Of a stretch of 64,000 bases of DNA, positions 35,409-45,677 are shown in pieces. Each line of letters begins with the position of its first letter. Within the stretch, counting starts at the first letter, position 1. The notes below the pieces were generated by a model that saw only the letters and a program-made list of their open reading frames with translations, had not been told where the DNA came from and ran no database searches. Source of the stretch: a virus; the IMG/VR virus record IMGVR_UViG_3300002835_000041, positions 54,982 to 118,981 of that record, one strand, 5' to 3'. A program made the position numbers and the translations under genes.

Positions 35409-35999
35409 ATGAAACCAGCATACCTGTTAAAGACAGTTTTTCCACCAGAAGAGCATTTGGCTTTACAAAATCTTGCAATGAATCTTTGGTCAACAGACAA
35501 AAGCACGTATGATAGAGGTTTTGGAAGACATCAATGGACAATTTGGGATAATACTCACGGTCCTGCAATTGAGCCATTAAGAAGATTTCACGAAATGCTT
35601 TTACCATTAGCAAGAGAAGAGTTTGAATCAGAAACTCTTGTGCCATCTTGGTGCCTATTAAGTATTTATGAGGGAAAAGAAGCAAAATTATGGAAGCATG
35701 TAGATGATAACGCTTGCACATACCATATAAACTATACAATTTTTCATAAAACACCTTGGGACTTTTATGTAGAAGGTGAAAAATTTCAGGCAGAAGAAAA
35801 TGATGCAGTTATTTCTTATGGTAATGATCAGTTACATTGGAGGGAAGAATTTCCAGATCCAGAACACAATCTAGTTGCTAATGCATTCTTTTTTTATACA
35901 GAGCCAGATCATTGGTTCTTTAAGCATGGTCCACAATATCTATATACTGATATTCGTAAACCAGTTGAAGGCAAAGAAACAATAAAAGAAACTATGTAA
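35409..35999 (+). CDS. 2OG-Fe(II) oxygenase
   Basis: LWKHVDDNAC (HxD), HWRE (distal H and R). Confidence 0.8.
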   Translation: MKPAYLLKTVFPPEEHLALQNLAMNLWSTDKSTYDRGFGRHQWTIWDNTHGPAIEPLRRFHEMLLPLAREEFESETLVPSWCLLSIYEGKEAKLWKHVDDNACTYHINYTIFHKTPWDFYVEGEKFQAEENDAVISYGNDQLHWREEFPDPEHNLVANAFFFYTEPDHWFFKHGPQYLYTDIRKPVEGKETIKETM

Positions 36000-37031
36000 A
36001 TGAATAAATTATTCTTTCAGTTATATAATCCTACAGGTTTAATAAATCAGGTAATGAGCCTTGAGTTGGCAGCAGGGTTATCTCATGAACTAAATGTTCC
36101 AGTCATTATGCACTATGGAAGATATACAGCAGACCCAAAACTTTATTTTACTGATACAATTCCAATTTTTAGTCCAAGCAGGTTTTATAATGAACAAAGA
36201 AAAGGTTTTACAAACGATAACCAATTTCCTCACTTGCTAGACCTTATGGATTTTGATCAAAACATAATTATAATTGATGAAAAAATAGATCACTTTGAAC
36301 AAGAAGAACTAGTTATTGATGATATTATGAATAATTTTTATTATAGTAATCAACCAGAAATAACTGGAGATGAGTTTCTTTTTGCAGAAGGAAGAAAAAG
36401 ACTTCCACTAGATAAAACACTTCATTTAAAATTGACTCTCGGCTGGTACTCAAGATTTTTTTATAAAAGAAGTGATAGCCTAAACAAAGCAATATCTTCA
36501 GTCAGATTTAAAAAAGAGTATGTAGATTTAGCAAACAAAATATATCACTCTATCGGAGAATTTCAAGGAATGCACTTAAGATTATCGGATCACATAAAGA
36601 TGTTTGAAACAAAACAAGAAATGTTTGAGTCATGGCTAGATAAATTTGCACAGAATAATCTTCCTGTAGTTTTATCAACTTGTGAGCCAGGACATAAAAT
36701 GGTACAAGATAATAAGCATAGGTTTATACTGTTAGATGAATATATTGTGCATAATTTTAGAGATGAATTTATGGCTTTGCCATTTCAGGATGAAGTAGTT
36801 TTTGGACTTATATGTAACTTGGTAATGCATAATGCTACAAACTTTGTTGGAACATCTGGAAGCACATATACTGCCTATATTCATAGAAATAGAAATCAAA
36901 AAGGAATTGAGACTTGGGACTTTTTTGACAACCCACCAAAGACAACATCAACTCGTTACTCTTGGAATGGATCTTCTTTAGAGAATGGCAGAAAAATGTG
37001 GTGGAGAGAATGGCCAGAATCAAAATGTTAA
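36000..37031 (+). CDS. GDP-fucose protein O-fucosyltransferase-like (POFUT fold)
   Basis: GLINQ, GMHLRLSD, FVGTSGSTYT..I.R.R. Confidence 0.75.
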   Translation: MNKLFFQLYNPTGLINQVMSLELAAGLSHELNVPVIMHYGRYTADPKLYFTDTIPIFSPSRFYNEQRKGFTNDNQFPHLLDLMDFDQNIIIIDEKIDHFEQEELVIDDIMNNFYYSNQPEITGDEFLFAEGRKRLPLDKTLHLKLTLGWYSRFFYKRSDSLNKAISSVRFKKEYVDLANKIYHSIGEFQGMHLRLSDHIKMFETKQEMFESWLDKFAQNNLPVVLSTCEPGHKMVQDNKHRFILLDEYIVHNFRDEFMALPFQDEVVFGLICNLVMHNATNFVGTSGSTYTAYIHRNRNQKGIETWDFFDNPPKTTSTRYSWNGSSLENGRKMWWREWPESKC

Positions 37032-37101
37032 AAAGAATTTTTTATAAGTTTAAAATGTGGCGTAAGTATAAAAAAATAAAAAAGGGTAAGTTTATTTACT
37101 A

Positions 37102-38040
37102 ATGCTTTTTGATATGTTTAATCCTAGAGTTATTCCTCATATGGGTATTGATAAAACACAACCAAAAAAGGATTATTCTCATACTACTGAAATATTGGCA
37201 GGGCATTCAGAAGTACCAAGACCAGAATACAATTATAAATGGAATAGCGATAACCTAAGATCCATAGAGTTTGCGACAAAGCCACCAATAGTAGCCCTAG
37301 GTTGCTCTATAACGCTTGGCCAAGGACTTCCAGAACATCTTAGGTGGACCGACCTTCTATCTAATCGTATTGGGGTCCCTATAGGAAATATATCTTATTC
37401 TGGAGCATCTGCAAACAAGTTGGTTTCTAGTTTTTTAGGAATGATTCATCAATATCAATATAAGCCAGAGATTGTTATTGCTCATTTTGCAAACTTTGAA
37501 AGATTTTATTTTGTTAGCCCAGACGGGGAAAGAATGCAGGAGTGGTTTATTAATCATAGTGCAAAAAAAACAAAAGCATCAGCACCTTGGAACTATGAAG
37601 AGATTTTGCCATATGAGTGGGTTTATTATCAAAATCTAGATCATATTAAAATGCTAGAAGCATTCTGTGAGGCAAGCGGAATTAAACTGTACTGGTCTTC
37701 TTGGTCACACGGAATGACAGATGAACAAGAACAATTCTTAAAAGACAACTTTAGGCATTATGTTTCAGACACAACAAAGAAAGAGTTTCCAGCAGACTTT
37801 GAACTTGGTTTTGTTGCAAACAGTGTGCCTGAACTTACCAAGCATTTTGAGATGATAAATTGGCAAGGGTGCCATCATGGATGGAAAGACATGTACCCAG
37901 AAATATTTGACTATGGCTATGACTACCACAAAATTGCATATGACTATGGAAGACTAAAGGGGCCTGGAGCGCACTGGCCACACCCTGGGCTACATAAGCA
38001 GTTGCATATTTCTGAGTTTTGGGAAAAACTAATATCCTAA
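37102..38040 (+). CDS. SGNH/GDSL-hydrolase-like protein
   Basis: ALGCSITLG, NISYSGAS, HPGLH. Confidence 0.6.
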   Translation: MLFDMFNPRVIPHMGIDKTQPKKDYSHTTEILAGHSEVPRPEYNYKWNSDNLRSIEFATKPPIVALGCSITLGQGLPEHLRWTDLLSNRIGVPIGNISYSGASANKLVSSFLGMIHQYQYKPEIVIAHFANFERFYFVSPDGERMQEWFINHSAKKTKASAPWNYEEILPYEWVYYQNLDHIKMLEAFCEASGIKLYWSSWSHGMTDEQEQFLKDNFRHYVSDTTKKEFPADFELGFVANSVPELTKHFEMINWQGCHHGWKDMYPEIFDYGYDYHKIAYDYGRLKGPGAHWPHPGLHKQLHISEFWEKLIS

Positions 38041-38090
38041 ATATTTTAAAATAGGGATATATACTTTAAGTGAGAGAATTGTGAGATAGT

Positions 38091-39122
38091 ATGAAAACAG
38101 CATTAGTCCTTGGAGCAGGTGGCTTTATCGGTAGCCACATGGTTAATAGACTTAAGTCAGAAGGATACTGGGTTAGAGGTGTTGATCTAAAGCATCCTGA
38201 TTTTTCTAACACACAGGCAGACGAGTTCATTGAAAGAGATCTGTCCGTTTATGAAAATGTTGAAAAGGCAATTCAGTTTAAAGGATATCAAGGAAACTTT
38301 TATAGCGAAATACCATATAAGTTAATTACTAGTTTTGATGAGATTTATCAATTTGCTGCAGATATGGGTGGCGCTGGATATATATTTACTGGAGAACACG
38401 ATTCCCAGATTATGGAAAACTCTGCACTTATAAACCTTAACTTGCTTAGGGCACAATCAAGACTAAACGCAAAATATGATATTAATAAAACCAAAATATT
38501 TTATTCAAGTTCTGCCTGTATGTATCCTGACTATAAGCAGTTGGATGTTAATAATCCTGGATTAAAAGAGTCTGACGCATACCCTGCCGATCCTGACAGC
38601 GAGTATGGCTGGGAAAAATTGTTTAGTGAAAGAATGTTCTTAGCCTTTAATAAAAACAACAGAATTCCCGTAGCGATTGCCAGATATCACAACATCTATG
38701 GACCAGAAGGAACTTGGGATGGTGGAAAAGAAAAGGCTCCTGCAGCAATGTGTCGAAAAGTTATACAGTCAGATGGCTTTATAGAAATTTGGGGGGATGG
38801 AGAACAAACCCGTTCATTCCTATATATAGATGAATGCATAGAAGCAACAAGAAGACTTATGAAATCAGACTTTACTGGTCCTGTTAATATTGGATCTGAA
38901 GAAATGGTTACTATCAACCAGTTGGTAGATATTGCTTGCAGTATTGAGGGCAAGGTTTTGAGCAAGATGCATATCCCTGGACCTTTGGGAGTTAGAGGAA
39001 GAAATTCTAATAATGACTTGGTAAGAGAAAAACTAGGCTGGGATTACTCAATGTCTCTTAAAGACGGAATTGAAAAAACCTACAACTGGATACTTCAGGA
39101 AACAAAAAAGAACCCCTCCTAA
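38091..39122 (+). CDS. GDP-mannose 3,5-epimerase-like NAD-dependent epimerase
   Basis: GAGGFIG, AADMGGAGYI, SSACMYP, YGWEKLFSE, GKEKAPAAMCRK, WGDGEQTRSF. Confidence 0.9.
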   Translation: MKTALVLGAGGFIGSHMVNRLKSEGYWVRGVDLKHPDFSNTQADEFIERDLSVYENVEKAIQFKGYQGNFYSEIPYKLITSFDEIYQFAADMGGAGYIFTGEHDSQIMENSALINLNLLRAQSRLNAKYDINKTKIFYSSSACMYPDYKQLDVNNPGLKESDAYPADPDSEYGWEKLFSERMFLAFNKNNRIPVAIARYHNIYGPEGTWDGGKEKAPAAMCRKVIQSDGFIEIWGDGEQTRSFLYIDECIEATRRLMKSDFTGPVNIGSEEMVTINQLVDIACSIEGKVLSKMHIPGPLGVRGRNSNNDLVREKLGWDYSMSLKDGIEKTYNWILQETKKNPS

Positions 39123-39129
39123 GAGGGGT
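39112..39129. terminator. hairpin between convergent genes
   Basis: ACCCCTC-CTAA-GAGGGGT. Confidence 0.6.
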
Positions 39130-39143
39130 CCTAATTTGAGATA

Positions 39144-39707
39144 TTACTTAGGAAATTTAGCCATCCAGTATTTGGTTCTTGGAGTGATGCCCTTCCATGA
39201 GGACCAATCATCTCCACCATTTGTCATATAGTATGCAATCTCTGCATTCTTGACGGGATTGAATAGTTCAGCATTTGACTCAAGATCAAACTTAGTTCTA
39301 CGGTCAGGACCAAGGTTGTCTATCATGTTAATTTGGAACATACCATAAGATGAGTCACCAGTCTTGTGGTTTCCGTTAAATGCTAATGGTCGCCCATTAG
39401 ATTCTTTCTTTGCTACCGCCCAGGCAACAACAAGGTCTTTGCCCTTGAAGCCAACCAGAGACAACAGTTCCTTTAGTTCCAAATCAGTCAGAGAAACCTT
39501 ATTCTCAAAACTCTCTAACTTTTTAGCCTTAGAAACCAAAAAAACCTCTTTCGAGGCGGGTTCTACTGTCTGAGCCTGTTCTATGCTCAAGTTGTTTTTA
39601 GTATCAAGACCTGAATCAGCATTGGCTCCGTTCGACAAAACAGTTACTAATGCTACGATACTGAGTGTGCTAATGATCTCTTTGTTTCTTTCGATAAATT
39701 TAATCAT
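39144..39707 (-). CDS. secreted lysozyme-like/lytic transglycosylase
   Basis: N-terminal signal/TM; AKKESNG (catalytic Glu), GMFQINM, LFNP..NA..A, W.SW; AAGGAGG SD. Confidence 0.85.
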   Translation of the reverse strand: MIKFIERNKEIISTLSIVALVTVLSNGANADSGLDTKNNLSIEQAQTVEPASKEVFLVSKAKKLESFENKVSLTDLELKELLSLVGFKGKDLVVAWAVAKKESNGRPLAFNGNHKTGDSSYGMFQINMIDNLGPDRRTKFDLESNAELFNPVKNAEIAYYMTNGGDDWSSWKGITPRTKYWMAKFPK

Positions 39708-39810
39708 AGTTTCCTCCTTAGAAAACAATAACACCTTGGTAGGTGTTACTACCTAGTATAACACAAAATTTTACCAAAAGTCAACTTCAGAGGGTGGTAT
39801 AATAAAGATT

Positions 39811-40401
39811 ATGGCTACAGGACAATCACTTAACTATCCTAATATGAAGTACCCGCTTGCTTCAGATCCCGTTAATGTACACGGGGATATTAAAACATTG
39901 GTTGATGCTTTAAATGATATTCTTCCACCTTTGGGAATGACAGGTGTTACATCACTTGTAAGAAATGCAAGTTCTACTGTTCCTATTTTAGCAGGAACCC
40001 CAGTTTTTATTTCAGGAAGCATTTCTTATCAAGGAAAGCCAGTCCCAACTGTATTAAGATATAATCCAGCAAGCCCTACTCATAATCCAGATGTTCCAAT
40101 ACTAGGTTTAATGCAGTCAGATACATTACCTTCTTCTGGTCTCGTAACATCTCCTACTGATGGAAATGGAATTGTAGTCGTATCTGGAATTATACAAATG
40201 AACACAAGCCAACTAGGTGTTGCTGGAACAAAAATTTATGTAAATGATGTCGGAGCCCTTGTTTCAGTTCGTCCATCTTCAGGCCCAGCAAGATATATTG
40301 GAGTAGTTGGAGTTTCTGGGTTAAAGGCAAACGGTGGAATGATAATTGTTCAAACAAAAGGCAACGGAACATGGGGGGCACTCAAAGACGGACTGTCTTA
40401 A
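39811..40401 (+). CDS. minor virion protein
   Basis: YP..SDPVNVHGDIK.L anchor-like N-terminus. Confidence 0.7.
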   Translation: MATGQSLNYPNMKYPLASDPVNVHGDIKTLVDALNDILPPLGMTGVTSLVRNASSTVPILAGTPVFISGSISYQGKPVPTVLRYNPASPTHNPDVPILGLMQSDTLPSSGLVTSPTDGNGIVVVSGIIQMNTSQLGVAGTKIYVNDVGALVSVRPSSGPARYIGVVGVSGLKANGGMIIVQTKGNGTWGALKDGLS

Positions 40402-40419
40402 GAGTGGTATAATTTAACA

Positions 40420-40836
40420 ATGGCAACTTTAAGAGGATCTCAATCACTGTACAACATTGGCAACCCGCCACCTACAGTTATTTGGACTGTCGTGCGTGGA
40501 GATACTTCTGGATTTAAAGTTTATGTAACTGATGATGCAAAAGAGCCTTTGATTTTAAAGGGTGCTGGATCTGAATGGGATATTGCTATGAAGATTAAAA
40601 GACCAACTCTTGCAAAAGACAAAGGAATTATTACAGACAATGCAACATTAGTTTTAAATTTATATCCAGTTGCAGACGAAGATGACCTAGTTGGAGAGTT
40701 TACGGTTTGGCTTACAGCAGCACAGTCAGCACAACTTCAAACAGGAGACATCTTTGACATTCAAGTGTCAGACCCTACAAGAGTTTGGACGGTTGCCCAG
40801 GGTAGCCTAAAGATTCTTGAAGATGTAACAGATTAA
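40420..40836 (+). CDS. BppU-N/Ig-like minor virion protein
   Basis: WTVVRGDT; paralogue of 29465. Confidence 0.6.
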   Translation: MATLRGSQSLYNIGNPPPTVIWTVVRGDTSGFKVYVTDDAKEPLILKGAGSEWDIAMKIKRPTLAKDKGIITDNATLVLNLYPVADEDDLVGEFTVWLTAAQSAQLQTGDIFDIQVSDPTRVWTVAQGSLKILEDVTD

Positions 40837-41060
40837 TGGCAACAGCACTAATACTTGATGAACTTAATGGAAAAACAAAACTAATTTTTCCTATTGACTA
40901 CCCATTAATTCAGGTAGAAGATTTTACAAAAAACACACTGATCACAGAAGTTCTTCCTTTTAGAGTTAAGTTTTCAGCAATTCAGATACAGGCTATTGGT
41001 TTGGGTAACACTCCAGCAATTCCACTTCAAGTTATTGGCTATAGCAACTACATTCTCTAA
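40836..41060 (+). CDS. hypothetical protein
   Basis: TAATG overlap. Confidence 0.7.
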   Translation: MATALILDELNGKTKLIFPIDYPLIQVEDFTKNTLITEVLPFRVKFSAIQIQAIGLGNTPAIPLQVIGYSNYIL

Positions 41061-41093
41061 TAGTCTTATTAAAAGGGATGATATAATCTCTAC

Positions 41094-41540
41094 ATGGCTA
41101 AAATATCAATTCCAGCAGTTAAGGGCCTATTCCAAACAGGAGATAGACCTACTCAAGAAAATTATGTAGATTTAATCGACACCCTGTCTTCTCAGTCAAC
41201 AGACTTGGGTTCATCAGGAAATAATGAAAATACAATCAACGGAATTGAGAACGTAACTGTTATTGATAACTTTGATGCTACAGTTTGGCGTATGGTGAAG
41301 TATATTATTTCAATATCAAAGACTTCAGCAGGTGACAACAAGTTCTACGCAACTGAAATGACAATTCTTGTTGACGGTACAAATGTATCAGTCAGCGAGT
41401 ATGGAACAATCGACAATGATGGGAATATTGGCACCATTAATGTCTCTCGCACTGGAAATACCGTGGCTATTACAGTCACTCCAGACCCTGCGATCAAGCC
41501 AGTCACTGTGCGATTTGCTCGTATGGGACTTAAGGCATAA
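41094..41540 (+). CDS. minor virion protein
   Basis: FQTGDRPT..NY.DLIDT; C-terminus resembles that of 41559 (SEYG). Confidence 0.7.
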   Translation: MAKISIPAVKGLFQTGDRPTQENYVDLIDTLSSQSTDLGSSGNNENTINGIENVTVIDNFDATVWRMVKYIISISKTSAGDNKFYATEMTILVDGTNVSVSEYGTIDNDGNIGTINVSRTGNTVAITVTPDPAIKPVTVRFARMGLKA

Positions 41541-41558
41541 TAAAAGGAGATATAAAAA

Positions 41559-43709
41559 ATGGCAACAGTAAATAAAGATTTTAAAATTAAGAGTGGTTTA
41601 ATCGTTGAAGGTACAACAGCGACAGTTAACGGACAAGACATTCTTACAAAGAAGCAAGCAGACCAAGACTACATCGTCGGTCTTATTGGTGGAACAGCAA
41701 CATCTGCTAACGAACCAAACAAGGTCGTAAAGCGTGATGCTAATGGAAACTTTGCTGCGAATCAGGTTACAGCAGATTTAGTTGGAGATGTAACTGGTGA
41801 TGTAACAGGTAACGTAACTGGTAACCTAACAGGAAATGTAACAGGAAATGTAACTGGTGATGTAACTGGTAACTTAACAGGTAGTGTAATTGGAACAGTT
41901 TCAAGCCTTGCAAACCTAAGCACTGAAAATCTTTCAGAAAGAACAAACCTTTACTTCACAGACCAAAGAGCACTTGATGCAACTGCATCAGCAATCGCAA
42001 CTGCTGCAGGCGATGTAGCATCAGATCTTACAGATCACGAAAATGCTACAGAAGCACACGGTGCAACTGGTGCGGTAGTTGGAACAACAAACACACAAAC
42101 ATTAACAAATAAGACTATTGGAGATACACTTAACTTCACTGGCGCAGGTGCAATGACAATCAACTCTGATTCTCATATCGTTCTTACTCCAGCAGCAGGT
42201 TCTTCTGTTAAGTGGGGAGCAGATGTTCTTGCAACTCAGGCTTATGCAGATCAGGCAGAAGCAGATGCAGTCTCAACAGCATCAGCAGATGCAACCACAA
42301 AGGCTAACAACGCAAAATCAGGTGCAGAAGCAACAGCAGCAGCAGCACTTTCAACTGCAATCGGTACAGAAGTTGCAGATCGTAACTCAGCAATAACTTC
42401 AGCAATTGGAACAGAAGTTACAGACCGTAACTCTGCTATTGCAACTGCTAAAGCACAGGCTATTGCAGATGCTAACTCTTACACAGATGCAGAAGTTGCA
42501 GCCCTTGTAGATACAGCACCAGCACTTCTTGATACACTTAACGAATTGGCTGCAGCAATTGCAGATAATCCAAACTACGCTTCAGATGCAGCAGCAGCCG
42601 TTGCTGGTAGAGTAGCAAAGTCTGGCGACACAATGACTGGGGACCTAACACTTCCAGGTGCACCAACATTAAACCTACATGCAGCAACTAAGGGTTATGT
42701 TGATCAAGCAGAAACAGATGCAGTAACATCAGCAAACTCTTACACAGACGGCAGAGAGACAGCGATTACTACTGCTTACCAGAACTATGCTAACACAGCA
42801 GAATCTGATGCAGTAACAACTGCTAACTCTTACACAGATGGAGAAATTACAACAGCACTTTCAACTGCTCAGGGCTACGCAGACACTGCAGAAGCAGATG
42901 CTAACTCTTACACAGATGGTGAAATCACAGATGCTCTTGTAATTGCTCAAGGTTATGCAAGCACTGCACAGAACAATGCACAAACACATACAACAAATGC
43001 AATCAATGCTATTGACACAGATGACATTGAAGAGGGACCAACAAACCTTTACTTCACAAATGCACGAGCAATCGCTGCAGTTGGTGGAACAATTGCAGAC
43101 CAGATTAATCTTATTGACACAGATGACATTGAAGAAGGTACTGCAAACCAGTACTTCACAGATTCTCGTGCCAAGGCTTCAGCATTAGATCTTTTGGTTA
43201 ATGCAACAAAAACTAACATTACAATTGATGCACAGCCTGGTGGAGGAATTGTTATCACCGCAGAAAACGGTGTAGCAGATTCTGATACTGATGACCTTGT
43301 AGAAGGTACAACAAACAAGTACTTTACAGATGTTCGTGCAGTAGACGCTCTTGAAGCAGTTGTTCCAAACTTCACAGCAGTTGAGTTAAACTCAGTTGCT
43401 AAGCAGGTTGCAGCAACTCTTTCAGCACCAACTGCAGGAATTCAGTTTGCCCATCAATTTCTTAAGGACGAGTACCGCTCAGCAGAATATCTTGTAAAGG
43501 TTGCCTATGGAGATCACACAGAAATCTCAAAGGTACTTTTAACACTTGATGCCAACGATAACGTTGCAATCACAGAGTATGGAGTTGTTGGAACCAACGG
43601 TTCAGCATCGACAATCTCTGCAGCCGTACAGGGTCTCTTTGTAAAACTTACAGTAACAACCGCTAACAATAACTCAACAGTTACTGTTATGGGAACATTG
43701 CTTAAGTAA
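41559..43709 (+). CDS. tail fibre-like protein
   Basis: GNVT repeats, Ala-rich coiled coil, repeated TDDIEEG..NLYFT. Confidence 0.8.
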   Translation: MATVNKDFKIKSGLIVEGTTATVNGQDILTKKQADQDYIVGLIGGTATSANEPNKVVKRDANGNFAANQVTADLVGDVTGDVTGNVTGNLTGNVTGNVTGDVTGNLTGSVIGTVSSLANLSTENLSERTNLYFTDQRALDATASAIATAAGDVASDLTDHENATEAHGATGAVVGTTNTQTLTNKTIGDTLNFTGAGAMTINSDSHIVLTPAAGSSVKWGADVLATQAYADQAEADAVSTASADATTKANNAKSGAEATAAAALSTAIGTEVADRNSAITSAIGTEVTDRNSAIATAKAQAIADANSYTDAEVAALVDTAPALLDTLNELAAAIADNPNYASDAAAAVAGRVAKSGDTMTGDLTLPGAPTLNLHAATKGYVDQAETDAVTSANSYTDGRETAITTAYQNYANTAESDAVTTANSYTDGEITTALSTAQGYADTAEADANSYTDGEITDALVIAQGYASTAQNNAQTHTTNAINAIDTDDIEEGPTNLYFTNARAIAAVGGTIADQINLIDTDDIEEGTANQYFTDSRAKASALDLLVNATKTNITIDAQPGGGIVITAENGVADSDTDDLVEGTTNKYFTDVRAVDALEAVVPNFTAVELNSVAKQVAATLSAPTAGIQFAHQFLKDEYRSAEYLVKVAYGDHTEISKVLLTLDANDNVAITEYGVVGTNGSASTISAAVQGLFVKLTVTTANNNSTVTVMGTLLK

Positions 43710-43744
43710 TAAAAAATAAAAATAGTTGGAAGAGGGAGTAGTAA

Positions 43745-44194
43745 ATGACAACAGTCGACAAAGACTTCAAGGTCAAGAATGGATTAGTCGTAGCAAACGG
43801 CGGTACATTCGGAGATGCAGTAACAGTAGGGGCTCCAACCCTTAATGCCCATGCAGCAACTAAGGAGTATGTCGATAGCCGTTCAATGGCTGTTGGCTCT
43901 ACTGCTCCTTCTTCACCAACCAACGGAACACAGTGGTTAGACACTTTAACAAATAGAGTTAACTTTTACTACAATGGAGCCTGGTACACCCAAGCAACTA
44001 TAGAAGACACAAATAGTATTCCAGATCACATTCACGACACAGCAATTGATGGCACTGGCTTTATTGTGAGTATGTTCGTAGACTCTGGATTTTTTGATAG
44101 CCCAATGACTTCTGTTTCAGATTCTGGAAATGCATCAGACACAGAGTTTACCTCTACCAGAGATGGCGGAATAGCAATAGATAACTTCAATTAA
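43745..44194 (+). CDS. fibre-associated protein
   Basis: DFKVKNGL N-terminus shared with 41559; HAATKEYVD. Confidence 0.7.
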   Translation: MTTVDKDFKVKNGLVVANGGTFGDAVTVGAPTLNAHAATKEYVDSRSMAVGSTAPSSPTNGTQWLDTLTNRVNFYYNGAWYTQATIEDTNSIPDHIHDTAIDGTGFIVSMFVDSGFFDSPMTSVSDSGNASDTEFTSTRDGGIAIDNFN

Positions 44195-44249
44195 AAATTG
44201 GATGTTATAATAAGATAATAATGGGCAGCCCCCATAAGGAGAAAAATAC

Positions 44250-45608
44250 ATGGCAGTTAGACAACAGCAAAGAAGAGGCACTGCAGCGCAGTGGACATCT
44301 GCAAATCCAATTTTGTCACCAGGTGAAATCGGTTTTGAAATTGATACAAATAAATTTAAGATTGGTGATGGAACAACTCGTTGGGCCTCCCTAATATACT
44401 TTACTGCCGACGCAGCAGCAGCACTTGAAGGCCTAATTGATGGTGCTCCAGGTCTGCTAAACACTCTTAATGAACTTGCAGCAGCCGTAGGCGACGATGC
44501 AAACTTTTTCTCTACAGTAACAACAAATATTGCAACTGCTAAGTCAGAGGCTATTTCTGCAGCCTCAGCAGATGCTACTTCAAAGGCTAACGCAGCAAAG
44601 ACTGCTGCAGAAACAACAGCCTCAGCAGACGCTACGGCCAAGGCTAACGCAGCAAAGATTGCTGCAGAAGAAACAGCAGCAGCAGATGCTACTGCAAAGG
44701 TAGCAGCAGAAACAACTGCTCGTAATACAGCACTTGATCTAAAGGCACCAAAGGCTTCACCAACATTTACTGGTACAGTAGTCCTTCCAGCAGTTACTGC
44801 AGGCGGAGATATTATTCCAGCAACAGATAACACATATAGCCTAGGCTCACCAGAAAAGATGTTCAAGGACGTATATGTTGGTCCAGGATCTCTTTATGTT
44901 AATGGTCAGAAAGTTCTTCAGGATGAGTCAGGAGCAATCGTTGTATCAGCAGATATTGACGAAAATCTAGGACTACGAACAAGCGGAAGCGGTAACATTG
45001 AACTTGACCCAACAGGAACAGGATCAATCAATGTAAAAGGTCCAGTAGTTGTTGAAATAGGAGCAAACTTCTCAAGCGCCGACGGCAATGGAATTATGTT
45101 CAGCAATGGCGTTAGATCAGATAGCGTTACAAGCAAGACAACAAATACAGACCTATCCTTGTCAGGAAATGGCATCGGAAAAGTTTATATTAATGATAAT
45201 GCAGAAGTTAGCGGAAATTTCTCAGTTATTGGAAACCTTTCAGTTGGCGGAACAGTCACAACAATAAACAGCGAAACAATATCTTTGGCTGATAACATTA
45301 TCGACCTAAATAGCAATTTTACAAGTGGCACTCCAAGCGAAAACTCTGGAATAAGAGTTGTTCGTGGAGATGAATCAAATGTTCAAGTTCGCTGGAATGA
45401 GTCGCAAGATAAGTGGCAATTCACAAACGATGGTTCTGTTTTCTTCGATATTGCCCCAGCACAGTCACCAACATTCACAGGAACACCTGTAGCACCAACT
45501 GCTACAGTTGGAACTGATACAACACAGGTTGCAACAACAGCCTTTGTTAAAGCAGCAATACAGGATATCTCAAGTCTAAACCTTGTCCTTGATGGCGGGG
45601 GAGTTTAA
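44250..45608 (+). CDS. tail fibre with Mtd/hyaluronidase-type N-terminal domain
   Basis: QQRRGTAAQW...L..GEIGFE.DT.KFKIGDG; APGLLNTLNELAAA. Confidence 0.8.
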   Translation: MAVRQQQRRGTAAQWTSANPILSPGEIGFEIDTNKFKIGDGTTRWASLIYFTADAAAALEGLIDGAPGLLNTLNELAAAVGDDANFFSTVTTNIATAKSEAISAASADATSKANAAKTAAETTASADATAKANAAKIAAEETAAADATAKVAAETTARNTALDLKAPKASPTFTGTVVLPAVTAGGDIIPATDNTYSLGSPEKMFKDVYVGPGSLYVNGQKVLQDESGAIVVSADIDENLGLRTSGSGNIELDPTGTGSINVKGPVVVEIGANFSSADGNGIMFSNGVRSDSVTSKTTNTDLSLSGNGIGKVYINDNAEVSGNFSVIGNLSVGGTVTTINSETISLADNIIDLNSNFTSGTPSENSGIRVVRGDESNVQVRWNESQDKWQFTNDGSVFFDIAPAQSPTFTGTPVAPTATVGTDTTQVATTAFVKAAIQDISSLNLVLDGGGV

Positions 45609-45677
45609 GATAATGCAAATACTAAGTGGTATAATTACAAAGAATACGTACGCAGCCCGTACTAAGGAGAACTAAAC

